A DNA stretch of 58,198 nucleotides from contig JAHFLO010000003.1 in assembly GCA_023244855.1 (NCBI GenBank), positions 1 through 58,198 of the forward strand, in the 5' to 3' direction. The DNA comes from Candidatus Harrisonbacteria bacterium. Its GTDB lineage: Bacteria; Patescibacteriota; Minisyncoccia; UBA6257; UBA11618. Of this stretch, positions 17,565 to 27,328 are shown one piece after another (position 1 is the stretch's first letter; each line of letters begins with the position of its first letter). The notes under the pieces were generated by a model. That model made no database searches. It was not told the DNA's origin and worked only from the letters and a program-made list of their open reading frames with translations. Both the position numbers and the translations under genes were made by a program.

Positions 17565-18110
17565 TCAAAGTTCAATAGTTTCGTCTCCGTTCACAACCAT
17601 AACGTCGTTCCATGTGAATCCTGTTGGTGGCGGACGTTGTAGTGTGAGAAAGGCTTCTTGAAAGTTTCCATCATCATCATGATATTCGGTGATGAGGACC
17701 ACGGCAAAGCCGTTGCGTTCAAGAAAGCGTCTCCCGCCGGCATTCTTATTACTCACGTCGATGGAGAGTTGTTGTTTTTGCCAAACATTGAGCGCTATCA
17801 AAAAATGTTTCAGTAATCGCGTTCCAATTTTGCGTCGCCGAGACTTTTTCGCGACCCGGATGGTATAAATGTACCCTGAGTCTGGATAGGCAACGGCAAA
17901 TCCTTGCACGACGCCGTTTTCGACAGCGACGACTCCATACACCTGCTCTTCAAGAATCCAATTGAAAAATGCCTTTCCTTCAATTGGGCCACCATCTTCT
18001 TCTTCGATGGTAATGAGTGCGCGGATATCGGTCATATTCCATGGTCTCACGGTGATCGCGGGGCGTCGTTTAAATAGCCACCCCGCAAGAACTTTCAGTA
18101 ATTTGAGCAT
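17565..18110 (-). CDS. GNAT (RimI-like) N-acetyltransferase
   Basis: V...RRRKIGTRLL acetyl-CoA motif A and N..GRRFLERNGF motif B; SD AAGGAG before ATG 18110. Confidence 0.85.
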   Translation of the reverse strand: MLKLLKVLAGWLFKRRPAITVRPWNMTDIRALITIEEEDGGPIEGKAFFNWILEEQVYGVVAVENGVVQGFAVAYPDSGYIYTIRVAKKSRRRKIGTRLLKHFLIALNVWQKQQLSIDVSNKNAGGRRFLERNGFAVVLITEYHDDDGNFQEAFLTLQRPPPTGFTWNDVMVVNGDETIEL

Positions 18111-18243
18111 GGGGAGGCTCCTTCCTTGGTATGCAGTATCAATGTGCGTGGCGCAGAAGAACATCTCCCGCCATATTTCGGATAGTACTCCCCCTTTTTA
18201 TAGTTTGCCAGTCCTATGGTTTTCGTTTATCTTTTGAATACTT

Positions 18244-19449
18244 ATGGAAGAACCTGAAAAGAAGCATCGTGATCACCGCGAGTTAGGGCAGTTGCTCGAT
18301 TTATTTTCGTTCCACGATATCGCCCCGGGGGCTGCTTTTTGGCACCCGAACGGCATGACAATATTCCGCGTACTCGAGCAGGCGGCGCGGCAGATGAACG
18401 ACCGCGCAGGGTATAAAGAAATTTCGACGCCTATTATGGTGAAGAGCGACGTGTTCAAAAAATCCGGCCATTGGGAGCACTACCGTAAAAACATGTTCCA
18501 CTTTGTGAACCCTACGGACGAAAACGAAGAGCTCGCGATAAAGCCGATGAACTGCCCCGAGTCCACGTATGTGTTCAACGCGTCGACGCGTAGTTATCGC
18601 GATATGCCGTTGCGGTTTGCTGAATTAGGGCGTTTGCACCGCAACGAGCTTTCGGGAACATTGGGCGGATTATTCCGCGTACGGCAGATGACAATGGACG
18701 ACGCGCACGTATATTGCCGGCCCGACCAAGTGGAGGGCGAGATTCGGCATATTATTGATTTAACTTCCCGCTTTTACGCCGTGTTCGGTTTCAAGCCGAC
18801 GTGCGTCCTCGCGACGCGGCCGGAGAAGTTTATGGGTGACGCGGCGGATTGGGATAAAGCCGAGGCGGCTTTGAAAAGCGCGCTTGCTGCGAGCGGCATG
18901 GCGTACGAATTGCAGGAGGGCGAAGGCGCTTTTTACGGCCCGAAGATCGAGTTTCACTTGCGCGACTCGCAGGATCGTGACTGGCAGATGGGCACGGCGC
19001 AATTAGACCTCGTAATGCTGCCGAAACAATTCGAAACCTGCTACATAGACGAAGAGGGCAATAAAAAAATGCCGTGGGTCATACACCGTGCCATATTCGG
19101 TACGTTTGAGCGCTTCATCGGCATGATGCTCGAACACACAGATGGCACGCTCCCCGTGTGGCTCGCGCCCGTACAAGCAACAGTGCTCTATGTGAACGAC
19201 ACTCAGCGGGCTTATGCAGAAGAAGTGGTTGGGGCGCTTATAGAGGTAGGCGTACGCGCGGAGCTTGATATGCAAAACGCCACCTTAGGCAAAAAAATCC
19301 GCGTGGCGGAAGTCTTACGCATCCCCGTCATCGCCGTGATCGGCGAAAAAGAAGTCACCGCCCGCACGGTAAGCGTACGCAACGAAGTTAAAAGCTTCGA
19401 CGACTTTATTGCGGATACCGCTAAGGCGGCCCGGATTCCGGTTATTTAA
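18244..19449 (+). CDS. thrS: Threonine--tRNA ligase, short form
   Basis: RDHRELG, SGHWEHY, KPMNCP, RNELSG, AFYGPK and HRAIFGTFERF motifs; lacks the N-terminal TGS/editing domains. Confidence 0.97.
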   Translation: MEEPEKKHRDHRELGQLLDLFSFHDIAPGAAFWHPNGMTIFRVLEQAARQMNDRAGYKEISTPIMVKSDVFKKSGHWEHYRKNMFHFVNPTDENEELAIKPMNCPESTYVFNASTRSYRDMPLRFAELGRLHRNELSGTLGGLFRVRQMTMDDAHVYCRPDQVEGEIRHIIDLTSRFYAVFGFKPTCVLATRPEKFMGDAADWDKAEAALKSALAASGMAYELQEGEGAFYGPKIEFHLRDSQDRDWQMGTAQLDLVMLPKQFETCYIDEEGNKKMPWVIHRAIFGTFERFIGMMLEHTDGTLPVWLAPVQATVLYVNDTQRAYAEEVVGALIEVGVRAELDMQNATLGKKIRVAEVLRIPVIAVIGEKEVTARTVSVRNEVKSFDDFIADTAKAARIPVI

Positions 19450-19466
19450 AAATACGGTATAAAAAA

Positions 19467-19500
19467 TAAAAATAGGCTGATGTTAGTCAGCTTATTTTTA
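19467..19500. terminator. Bidirectional terminator
   Basis: taaaaataggctga / tcagcttattttta between convergent genes. Confidence 0.75.
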
Positions 19501-19501
19501 T

Positions 19502-19939
19502 TTAATAGAACCAGTTTATTGTTCTACCAACGCAATGATTTGCCCAAGAAAGCCATATACCGCGGCAATTTTTTTCCTGAATTCTGATGTTTTCCGCCGT
19601 TCTTCCGGTAGGGGCTATGAGGGAAGATATAAATCCGCGTGTCGCAATAGGATGATTGATTCCCGCCGCCCTTTCTTCATTTATTTGCTCTCTTGTGGCG
19701 TAGCCGGCGTATGGTGCCGTTTGAGGGGTGAGTCTTTCTCTTGTAAGTGAATAAGTTGACTGAGCTCCTCCAGTGGATGGTTGTGTTTGATTAACAGGTC
19801 TTCCGCTGGTATTGTTTCCGGAGCCAGTTGAGCCGCTAGACATACAGTTAACGCAGTCCCATGGGCCGTAAGGAATACCTTGCGCGGATGCAGTTAAAGC
19901 GCTTCCAAGAAAAATTCCTATGATAAAAAATAGTTTCAT
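19502..19939 (-). CDS. Secreted hypothetical protein
   Basis: Sec signal peptide (ASA|Q), CxxC, Ser/Gly/Thr linker and C-terminal Cys pair. Confidence 0.7.
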   Translation of the reverse strand: MKLFFIIGIFLGSALTASAQGIPYGPWDCVNCMSSGSTGSGNNTSGRPVNQTQPSTGGAQSTYSLTRERLTPQTAPYAGYATREQINEERAAGINHPIATRGFISSLIAPTGRTAENIRIQEKNCRGIWLSWANHCVGRTINWFY

Positions 19940-19979
19940 AGTATAAGTATATGTTTTTTTAGGCAGATAACTAATTTAC

Positions 19980-19988
19980 TTATCCACA
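19980..19988 (+). promoter_or_regulatory. Perfect DnaA box
   Basis: ttatccaca in an intergenic position. Confidence 0.45.
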
Positions 19989-19995
19989 GGTAGCC

Positions 19996-21405
19996 TTACT
20001 TCAAAAGCTTTTCGAAAATTTCCCTAAGTAATGCGGGGTTGCCGGTGCCTTTCATTTCTTTCATTGCTTTACCCACGAGGAAGTGTAGGGATTCTAGTTT
20101 TCCTTTTTTATAGTCTTCGAGTGCTTTCGGGTTTTCTTCGATTATTTTTTTAGCCGTTTCTTCGAGTCCTGCGGCATCCGATATCTGGCGCAAGCCTTTT
20201 TCCGTTACTGTGGCTTCGGCCGTGGCGCCCGTTGCTACCATATGCGCTAAGGCGTCTTTCGCTCCGCGGCTACCTACCTCTCCTTTTGCCGCCATTGCAA
20301 CGAGGGACGCAAAATTTGCGGGTGTTAGCTTCAGGTTCGTAAATTGCATGGCGTCTTTCTTCATCATTCCCCACAGGTCGCTCGTGAAATAGTTGAGGAG
20401 TAATACGTAGTTGGGCGTGGCATCGAGCTCTTTGAGCTCGCTTGCCGCCTCTTCGAAGTATTCCGCGGCGGCACGGTCTTCGGTTACCACATATGCATCC
20501 ACCTCTTTCATGCCGTATTCGTTAATAAAGCGCGCGCGCTTTTCGTGCGGCAGTTCGGGGATGGCGGCTTTGAGCGCCTCCAAGTCGAAGGCATCCGCGT
20601 ACATTGGCGGCAGGTCTGGCTCGGGGAAATAGCGGTAGTCATGCGCGTCTTCTTTCGTGCGCTGGCTTACCGTGATCCCCTTTTCTGCGTTCCAGCCGCG
20701 CGTTTCTTGAATTATTGTTTCTCCCGCATCAAGTGCCGCGGAGTGCCGCTTATATTCATATTCAATAGCGTCGTGCACCGCCTTGAAGGAGTTAATGTTT
20801 TTAACCTCCACCTTTGTGCCCATATTTATCGAAATATTTGCTTCTAGCCGCATGAGCCCTTTTTCCATATCAGCGTCGGATGTTCCGAGATAACGTAAAA
20901 TACGGCGTAGCTCTTCGCCAAATTCAGCGGCTTCTTTAGCGCTTCTGATATCCGGCTCCGTAACTATCTCCATCAAGGGTGCGCTTGCGCGGTTAAAGTC
21001 CACGAGGGAGTTACCCGCTTCGTGCATTAAGCTGCCGGCATCTTCTTCTAAATGGATGCGCGTAATGCGGACGCCGTTTAAGCTGCCGCCTAAGACGAGC
21101 GGTTCGTCGTATTGTGATATCTGGTAGCCCTTGGGTAAGTCCGGATAAAAATAATTTTTGCGGTCGAATTTTGACCGGCCTTTGGGAAATACGGTGCCGC
21201 CTAAGGCCAAGCCGAGCTGGAGTACGAGCTCAACGGCCTTTTTGTTGATGGTTGGGAGTGTGCCAGGGTGGCCCGTGCAGACGGGGCAGACGTTTACGTT
21301 TGGGTGCGTTTCGTCGGGGTCGTTAACGCAGTCACAGAACATCTTCGTGCGCGTTTTCAGTTCCACGTGGATTTCGAGACCGACGGTAAGCTGCCGTTCT
21401 TTCAT
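19996..21405 (-). CDS. gatB: Asp/Glu-tRNA amidotransferase subunit B
   Basis: GLEIHVEL, DRKNYFYPDLPKGYQISQ, HLEED and YRYFPEPDLP motifs. Confidence 0.98.
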   Translation of the reverse strand: MKERQLTVGLEIHVELKTRTKMFCDCVNDPDETHPNVNVCPVCTGHPGTLPTINKKAVELVLQLGLALGGTVFPKGRSKFDRKNYFYPDLPKGYQISQYDEPLVLGGSLNGVRITRIHLEEDAGSLMHEAGNSLVDFNRASAPLMEIVTEPDIRSAKEAAEFGEELRRILRYLGTSDADMEKGLMRLEANISINMGTKVEVKNINSFKAVHDAIEYEYKRHSAALDAGETIIQETRGWNAEKGITVSQRTKEDAHDYRYFPEPDLPPMYADAFDLEALKAAIPELPHEKRARFINEYGMKEVDAYVVTEDRAAAEYFEEAASELKELDATPNYVLLLNYFTSDLWGMMKKDAMQFTNLKLTPANFASLVAMAAKGEVGSRGAKDALAHMVATGATAEATVTEKGLRQISDAAGLEETAKKIIEENPKALEDYKKGKLESLHFLVGKAMKEMKGTGNPALLREIFEKLLK

Positions 21406-21414
21406 GGGCTGATT

Positions 21415-22635
21415 CTAGCGGAGACTACCCAAGTATTCAATCGTAGCGGCTTTTGTTGCGTTTCCCCACGATCCCTTGCCGTATTTGAAGAATGCGTGCG
21501 CTAGCTTCCACGCTTCCGGCCCCTTCATCGCGTCAACAATCGCGTTTTGCAGTTCCGCCATGGCGCGTTCGGTACGCCATCCGTAGATGCCGGTTGGGCC
21601 TGTTTCGGCTAGGGCCTGGGCTTCGGGGCCAATATTCAATGCGATTAGAAATATTTGAAGCGTCGCTACATCAACCCCTTTATCCCCGCGTATAAGGGGA
21701 GTTTTTATCGTTGCGACATCCCTCCCTTTTGCGGGCGCGGTGGGGGCCTTCGGCGTGGCGGGTAGAATCGTAATGGGTGTTTTTACCGCAGGTGTTTCTT
21801 TAGGAGTCGCTCCGTTTGCGTTTGTATTTATGTTTGCGTTTACAGGAGTCGCTATTAGCGCGGGCTGCTGTGAAGATGTAAGCTTGCTTCCTCCATTACG
21901 CGCTGCAATCACGACGCCGAACGATCCGTTATTGATTTCCTCTGGTGTTAGCTTAGTTTCCCATACGTCCTTTGCGCCGCCGTACGATCTGAATTCGTCT
22001 TGCGCGGACCACGGCTCTTCTTTAGCGTATTCCGCGCCCACAATTTTTCCGCCTACAACAAGGCGTACAGAATAGTCTTTGATGGTATCAGGGCCTTCAG
22101 CGGAGCGTTTTACATCGAGCGTTATACCCGACACCCTTCCCGTTTTTGGCACTGCAAAACCGAAATTGAGCGCACGGACGTAATACGAAGAATCTCCAAA
22201 CTGCATTTCCGCTACGGATCGGTTACCGTCTTCCTTACTTGTATTTTCGGGAAATATCCATCCGGTACCGCCGACACTCACGTCGTTCGAAACCGACCCG
22301 AGGGGCTTCGTTTGGATTTCTCCGTTATCGTAATGGATGGTAAGGCGCAGGTAGTCGATGCGCGCCTTAGTTCTAGGCGAGTACGAATAACCTCCACCGC
22401 CACCACCTCCACCACCTCCCCCCCCACCACCACCGCTACCACTGTTACCACCGCTCCCGCTATCGCCGAAGGCTATGTTATAAGACAGCGGTAATGCTTG
22501 CGAGTTTAAGAGCGCACCGCCACCAACGAATAGGAAGAAGAATAAAATACCGACGGCCGATTTGGCGTTTTGACTTCCTCGCTCATCGGCGAGTATGCGA
22601 AAAAATTCCCGCATAAGCTTGTTCGCTATGCGCAT
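21415..22635 (-). CDS. Membrane-anchored surface protein with Gly-rich linker and C-terminal peptidoglycan-binding-like domain
   Basis: N-terminal TM, poly-Gly, beta-rich domain, Pro/Thr linker, then LIRGDKGVDVATLQ...TGIYGWRTERA. Confidence 0.75.
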   Translation of the reverse strand: MRIANKLMREFFRILADERGSQNAKSAVGILFFFLFVGGGALLNSQALPLSYNIAFGDSGSGGNSGSGGGGGGGGGGGGGGGYSYSPRTKARIDYLRLTIHYDNGEIQTKPLGSVSNDVSVGGTGWIFPENTSKEDGNRSVAEMQFGDSSYYVRALNFGFAVPKTGRVSGITLDVKRSAEGPDTIKDYSVRLVVGGKIVGAEYAKEEPWSAQDEFRSYGGAKDVWETKLTPEEINNGSFGVVIAARNGGSKLTSSQQPALIATPVNANINTNANGATPKETPAVKTPITILPATPKAPTAPAKGRDVATIKTPLIRGDKGVDVATLQIFLIALNIGPEAQALAETGPTGIYGWRTERAMAELQNAIVDAMKGPEAWKLAHAFFKYGKGSWGNATKAATIEYLGSLR

Positions 22636-22684
22636 ACGATTATAGTATCAGGAAGATCCTTATGGACGCACTGTTTATAACTCC

Positions 22685-24103
22685 TTACTGCCTGTATTCG
22701 AAAATGCGTTCGCTTATGCGCGTGAAATGCGGATTGTTTTCGGGATTTATTGGGGTGCTGCGCCGCGCGTTGTAGATAAGTGAGGGTGTTCCGAGCTTCT
22801 CCCATGGTGCCTCGTTAAACGGCGCGACGATTACGGGATGCTCTGTGTAGCCGAGGACGAACTGGCGATACGTCGTACTATTTATGAATAGCGGCATGCC
22901 GGCGTGCTTTCCTTGTAATGCCGTTAGTTCGCGAAATTCGGCAGCATTCACAAGCGGTTCCATCCGCACGCTTTCGTATAAGGAATAGCCGGCAATAAGG
23001 ATAAGGAGTAGGGCGGCGGCGCTCTTCAATGGCTTCGTATCGATTTTTCGGCTGAATTCGGCGAATGCATAACCTCCGAGGATGACACAGCTTATATCGA
23101 ACAGTACGACGAAGCGATTATGGAATACGGCATTGACGGAGATTAGGATGAGATTCACGAGCGCATACCAGCCGATAGCCGGCAGCGTTCCTTGTTGTAT
23201 GCCCCATGCGAGGGCAGTAAGCGCAAACGGCACATAGAAGAGCATCAACGCGTCGTGGTAAAAGGAGAATTCCACGAAATGCCCTGCGAGAAAAAGCGTT
23301 TGCGTTGCGGCGTACGTGCCCGTTGCGTACGAAACGAGATATTCCGCGTATCCATAGAGGGCATTCCATTTGAATGCGGCGGTGGCGGCTGCTCCCGTTG
23401 CCGCGACAGCCAAGGAGTACCGTTTAGTGCCGCTTGTAATACCGGTAAGAATGATAGTGGCCGTAAGCGGGACGATGGTGAGCGGGTGGACGATACCCGC
23501 AAGGGCTGCATATATGGCAGCGCGTTTTTGCCCGCGCGCATAGGCGTCGAGCGCAAAGAGGGTGAGCGCGAGGGCAATTTCCATTTTAAGGAAGAATGAC
23601 CAATAAAAAAGGAATTGGGGTAAGGAGACGGCATATACCGCGATACTGAAGAGCGCTGACCGTGCTCCCCATTCTCTTTTCGTAATGCGCCAAACGCCGT
23701 ACATAAGCAGAGCGCTAGCGGCGAGGTGAATTACGATAAGGATTGTTTGGGTTTCCGCACCCATGGCATACGGCAGGTATCCGAGAAGCGCTAAGGGTTC
23801 TTCGGCACATGCGGCAATTGATGCGAAGCATGCGTTGAAATTGCGATAGTAGGCACCCATGTCCGCGCCGAGCGCGGGCCATCCCCACCGCATAAAGGGA
23901 ATAAGCCGCAGTATCGCAAAAAGCGCGGCCGTAAGCGCGATCCAGCGGGAGCGTACGTGATTAGTAACGGTTTTTCCCGGCTGCGTGCCGAGGGTCCATA
24001 GTACGACGGCGGAAAAAGACGCGTAGAGAATAAAAATTGGCAGGGTCGCATGGAGGGGCGTTGCTAAAAGCACAAGCGCGAGATAGGTTGCTAGTACGTA
24101 CAT
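22685..24103 (-). CDS. Polytopic membrane protein, probable GT-C glycosyltransferase
   Basis: Many TM helices; GADMGAY in the first loop; located at the edge of the glycan locus. Confidence 0.6.
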   Translation of the reverse strand: MYVLATYLALVLLATPLHATLPIFILYASFSAVVLWTLGTQPGKTVTNHVRSRWIALTAALFAILRLIPFMRWGWPALGADMGAYYRNFNACFASIAACAEEPLALLGYLPYAMGAETQTILIVIHLAASALLMYGVWRITKREWGARSALFSIAVYAVSLPQFLFYWSFFLKMEIALALTLFALDAYARGQKRAAIYAALAGIVHPLTIVPLTATIILTGITSGTKRYSLAVAATGAAATAAFKWNALYGYAEYLVSYATGTYAATQTLFLAGHFVEFSFYHDALMLFYVPFALTALAWGIQQGTLPAIGWYALVNLILISVNAVFHNRFVVLFDISCVILGGYAFAEFSRKIDTKPLKSAAALLLILIAGYSLYESVRMEPLVNAAEFRELTALQGKHAGMPLFINSTTYRQFVLGYTEHPVIVAPFNEAPWEKLGTPSLIYNARRSTPINPENNPHFTRISERIFEYRQ

Positions 24104-24118
24104 GATTACAGAAGTGTA

Positions 24119-24790
24119 ATGAAAGGTATTGCCGTTGTCATTCCCGCATATAATGAAGCTGCACGCGTTGCGGAGGTGGCTTTGGGAGCCGCGCAGCATG
24201 CGGAATTCGTTATTGTGGTGGACGACGGATCAACGGATACAACATGGGAAGCGGTTAAGGGTCTGTCACGGCCGATATATCCGTTACGGCATCGTATTAA
24301 TATGGGTAAGGGGTCGGCGCTTAAGACTGGCTGTGCGGCTGCGCTCCGTTTAGGGTCGGAAATAATCGTCATGATGGATGCTGATGGCCAGCATCCGCCG
24401 GAATACATTCCCCGCCTCGTGCGTCATATGCGCGAAAACAACCTCGACTTCGTTTTTACGGAGCGCTCCCACGGCGACCGGATGCCGTTCGTCCGCCGTG
24501 CGGGTAACTGGGCAGTGAATAAAGCAGCATTACATCTCTTCGGCTTGCGTACGAACGACGTATGGTGCGGTTTCCGCGCGTTCCGCTTATCGTGCCTGCC
24601 TGCCGTCGCGTGGCGTGCCCGCGACTATTCGGGGGAAGTCCAAATGGCGCTTTCGGTGGCGCAGAAGGGTATTCCGTACGGCACGGTTCCTATACCAACC
24701 ATTTACGAAACCGGTGCGGCAAAGGGCGTGCACATACTCCACGGGCTGAAGTTGCTCGGGCAAATGGCGGTTTGGCGTATAACTCTTTAA
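24119..24790 (+). CDS. GT2 glycosyltransferase (DPM1-like)
   Basis: VIPAYNE, VVDDGSTD, GKGSAL and DADGQH motifs. Confidence 0.93.
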   Translation: MKGIAVVIPAYNEAARVAEVALGAAQHAEFVIVVDDGSTDTTWEAVKGLSRPIYPLRHRINMGKGSALKTGCAAALRLGSEIIVMMDADGQHPPEYIPRLVRHMRENNLDFVFTERSHGDRMPFVRRAGNWAVNKAALHLFGLRTNDVWCGFRAFRLSCLPAVAWRARDYSGEVQMALSVAQKGIPYGTVPIPTIYETGAAKGVHILHGLKLLGQMAVWRITL

Positions 24791-24800
24791 AATCTTCCTT

Positions 24801-25130
24801 ATGGTCGGCATCCAACTTATCGCAATCGTCGTGGCACTTGCGGCAGTGCATTTGACGCATCTCTATTACAAGCGGCTGCATTTCTCTAAAAAAGAACTCC
24901 TCTTTTGGGGCTTTTTATGGCTCGTTTTCATGTTCGTTGCTATTTTTCCGCGGAGCGTTTCCCCTCTTACCGGTTATTTGGGTCTCGCGCGGCCGATGGA
25001 CCTCATAATGATAATCGCCTTCATAGTGCTCTTTTCCCTCGCTTTTCATAATTACGTCATGGCGCGTAAGCACGAGTCGGCGCTTGAACGTCTTGTGCGT
25101 GAAATTGCGCTTAAGGATATCGACGCATGA
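24801..25130 (+). CDS. DUF2304-like small membrane protein
   Basis: 3 TM, GLARPMD and LVREIAL motifs; usual partner downstream of a DPM1-like GT2. Confidence 0.8.
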   Translation: MVGIQLIAIVVALAAVHLTHLYYKRLHFSKKELLFWGFLWLVFMFVAIFPRSVSPLTGYLGLARPMDLIMIIAFIVLFSLAFHNYVMARKHESALERLVREIALKDIDA

Positions 25131-25137
25131 TTGGTAT

Positions 25138-26277
25138 ATGCGGATAATCGTTTGCGCGGCATTCTACCCCCCGTACCGTGGCGGCTATGCCGAAAGCGTT
25201 CGCTTACTCGCTGAGGGGCTTCATGCTCGTGGGCATGCGGTTACGGTCATCGCAAGCGATGCGGGGAGTGAGCCCGAATCGCCCGTAGTCCGCGGAGTAA
25301 CGGTGCGCCGCGTGCCGGCGTGGAACCCGTCTTTTTTGCAGGAGAGCTTTCCTATTCCACGCCCCTTCGCTTTTTGGCGGGAGCTTGCGCGCGCACGCAC
25401 GGAAGGCGTCGATATCCTTTCCACGCAGACACGTTTTTTTCCGAGTACGTTTTTCGGATTTCTCTTCGCTAAGTTTTATGGCATCCCCACCTTTCATACC
25501 GAACGGGGCGCGGCACATACGCATTCGGACAGTTTTTTAATACGTATGTGTGCAAAAATCGTCGACCATACGGTTGGCCAGCTCGTATGCCGTTTTTCGG
25601 ACGGCACGATAGGAGTGTCGGATGCCGCATGTGCCTTCATGCGCCGTTTGGGGGCGCATAACCCCGTAACCGTCCATAACGGCATTAATGCGGACTGGTG
25701 GCGCCGGCCGGATACTTTTGTCCGTGCGGACGGTTTTCTCCGTATCGTCTTCATTGGCAGACTGGTGCATGCGAAGGGCGTAGGCGACTTACTTTTAGCC
25801 TTACCGCGCCTTGTCATTAAATTTCCCGCGCTCAGGGTTTCGATAATCGGCGACGGCCCCTATCGCGGCACGCTCGAAAGGCAGGTGCGTGCGCTCGGCC
25901 TTCTTCATGCGATTATTTTTCACGGGGCATTGGACTCCGGCGGAATTCGCGATATCGTATGGCAATCGGATATAGCCGTTAATCCGTCTCACTGCGAGGG
26001 TTTCCCCCGCTCAGTACTTGAAACCGCGGCGGCGGGATTGCCGACCGTGGCGACGGATACGGGAGGAACGCGGGAAATAGTCGAGGATGGTGTAAGCGGC
26101 CTTCTTGTTAAAGAGCGGGATATTCCCGCCCTTACCGCCGCATTAGCACGTTTGCTTAAGGACGCTCCGCTTCGTGCGCGCATGGGTGTGGCAGCTGCTC
26201 TTCGGTCGCGCCGATTCTCCGTTGAATCTATGGTCCAAGCGTATGAAAAAAATTTTGCTTCTCACGCCGTTTTATAA
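25138..26277 (+). CDS. GT4 glycosyltransferase
   Basis: YPPYRGG, GRLVHAKG and EGFPRSVLE motifs. Confidence 0.92.
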   Translation: MRIIVCAAFYPPYRGGYAESVRLLAEGLHARGHAVTVIASDAGSEPESPVVRGVTVRRVPAWNPSFLQESFPIPRPFAFWRELARARTEGVDILSTQTRFFPSTFFGFLFAKFYGIPTFHTERGAAHTHSDSFLIRMCAKIVDHTVGQLVCRFSDGTIGVSDAACAFMRRLGAHNPVTVHNGINADWWRRPDTFVRADGFLRIVFIGRLVHAKGVGDLLLALPRLVIKFPALRVSIIGDGPYRGTLERQVRALGLLHAIIFHGALDSGGIRDIVWQSDIAVNPSHCEGFPRSVLETAAAGLPTVATDTGGTREIVEDGVSGLLVKERDIPALTAALARLLKDAPLRARMGVAAALRSRRFSVESMVQAYEKNFASHAVL

Positions 26278-27328
26278 ACCGTTCGTCGGGGGCGCGGAGC
26301 GGTTTGCCGAGGAACTCGCAACCCGTGCGCCGTCTTCGGTTTCCGTCGACGTCTATACTACCCGTACGCGGCGGGCGCTCCCTAGGCGCGAGACTCTACG
26401 CGGCGTCACCGTATACCGCCTTGGTTTCGGGTGTCCGTATGACAAATTTCTGTTCCCGTTCTTTGCTGTAGCTAAGGCGTCGCTTTGTACTTACGACCGC
26501 ACACATGCCGTGATGGCGAGTTACGCCGGCGCGGCGGCGCTTTTTATATATTGGCTGAAGCGCGTGCCGTACGTGCTCACATTGCAAAGCGGGACGCTCG
26601 ATACGCCCGCATATGTGCGCGTTATCCGTTTCATATTCCCCTTATACCGCGCGATACACCGAAATGCGGACAGAGTGCATGCGGTGAGCAGCCCCCTGCG
26701 TAAGCGCGCGTTTGCGCTCGGCGTCCCCCCTGAGCATATTGCGGTTATTCCCAACGGGATCGACTCCAGACGGTACGCGGACGCGGGCATCCCGCGGCTT
26801 CCCTTGCGGATCGCCGTCCTTGCCCGTCTCGAAAAGGTGAAGGGCGTACGGTATGCAATTGAGGCAATGGAACATATTGCAGCTCATTTCCCCGCCTCTG
26901 AGCTCGTCATTGCTGGAGACGGTTCCGAGCGCGCCGCACTTGAGGACCTTGTTCGCGCAAAAGGATTAGAAAAAAACGTTATTTTTAAGGGCGCGTTGCG
27001 GCCAGACGAAGTGCCGGCGTTCCTTGCGGCGGCAACGGTTTTCATTTGCCCGTCGCTTGCCGAGGGATTCGGCATCGTTATTCTTGAAGCGATGGCAGCC
27101 GGCTCTGCGGTCGTTGCTACTGACGTAGGCGGCATTCCCGATATCGTGACGGATGGTATTAATGGGCTCTTAGTACCTGCTCACGATTCGCGGGCTATAG
27201 CCGATGCGGTAATCAGAATAATAACGGATGCTCGATTATATGGCGCCATTACGGATGCTGGAAAAATCCGTGCCCGTGCATTCGATTGGCATGATGTTGC
27301 GCCACGCATCTACGCATTATGGAAATAA
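26243..27328 (+). CDS. GT4 glycosyltransferase
   Basis: GGAE, ARLEKVKG and EGFGIVILEAMA motifs. Confidence 0.93.
   Translation: MKKILLLTPFYKPFVGGAERFAEELATRAPSSVSVDVYTTRTRRALPRRETLRGVTVYRLGFGCPYDKFLFPFFAVAKASLCTYDRTHAVMASYAGAAALFIYWLKRVPYVLTLQSGTLDTPAYVRVIRFIFPLYRAIHRNADRVHAVSSPLRKRAFALGVPPEHIAVIPNGIDSRRYADAGIPRLPLRIAVLARLEKVKGVRYAIEAMEHIAAHFPASELVIAGDGSERAALEDLVRAKGLEKNVIFKGALRPDEVPAFLAAATVFICPSLAEGFGIVILEAMAAGSAVVATDVGGIPDIVTDGINGLLVPAHDSRAIADAVIRIITDARLYGAITDAGKIRARAFDWHDVAPRIYALWK

Noticed and set aside
22392..22460. CCA/CCG-rich tandem repeats as possible CRISPR or VNTR
   Set aside because: They simply encode the poly-Gly linker; no repeat-spacer structure was seen anywhere in the window
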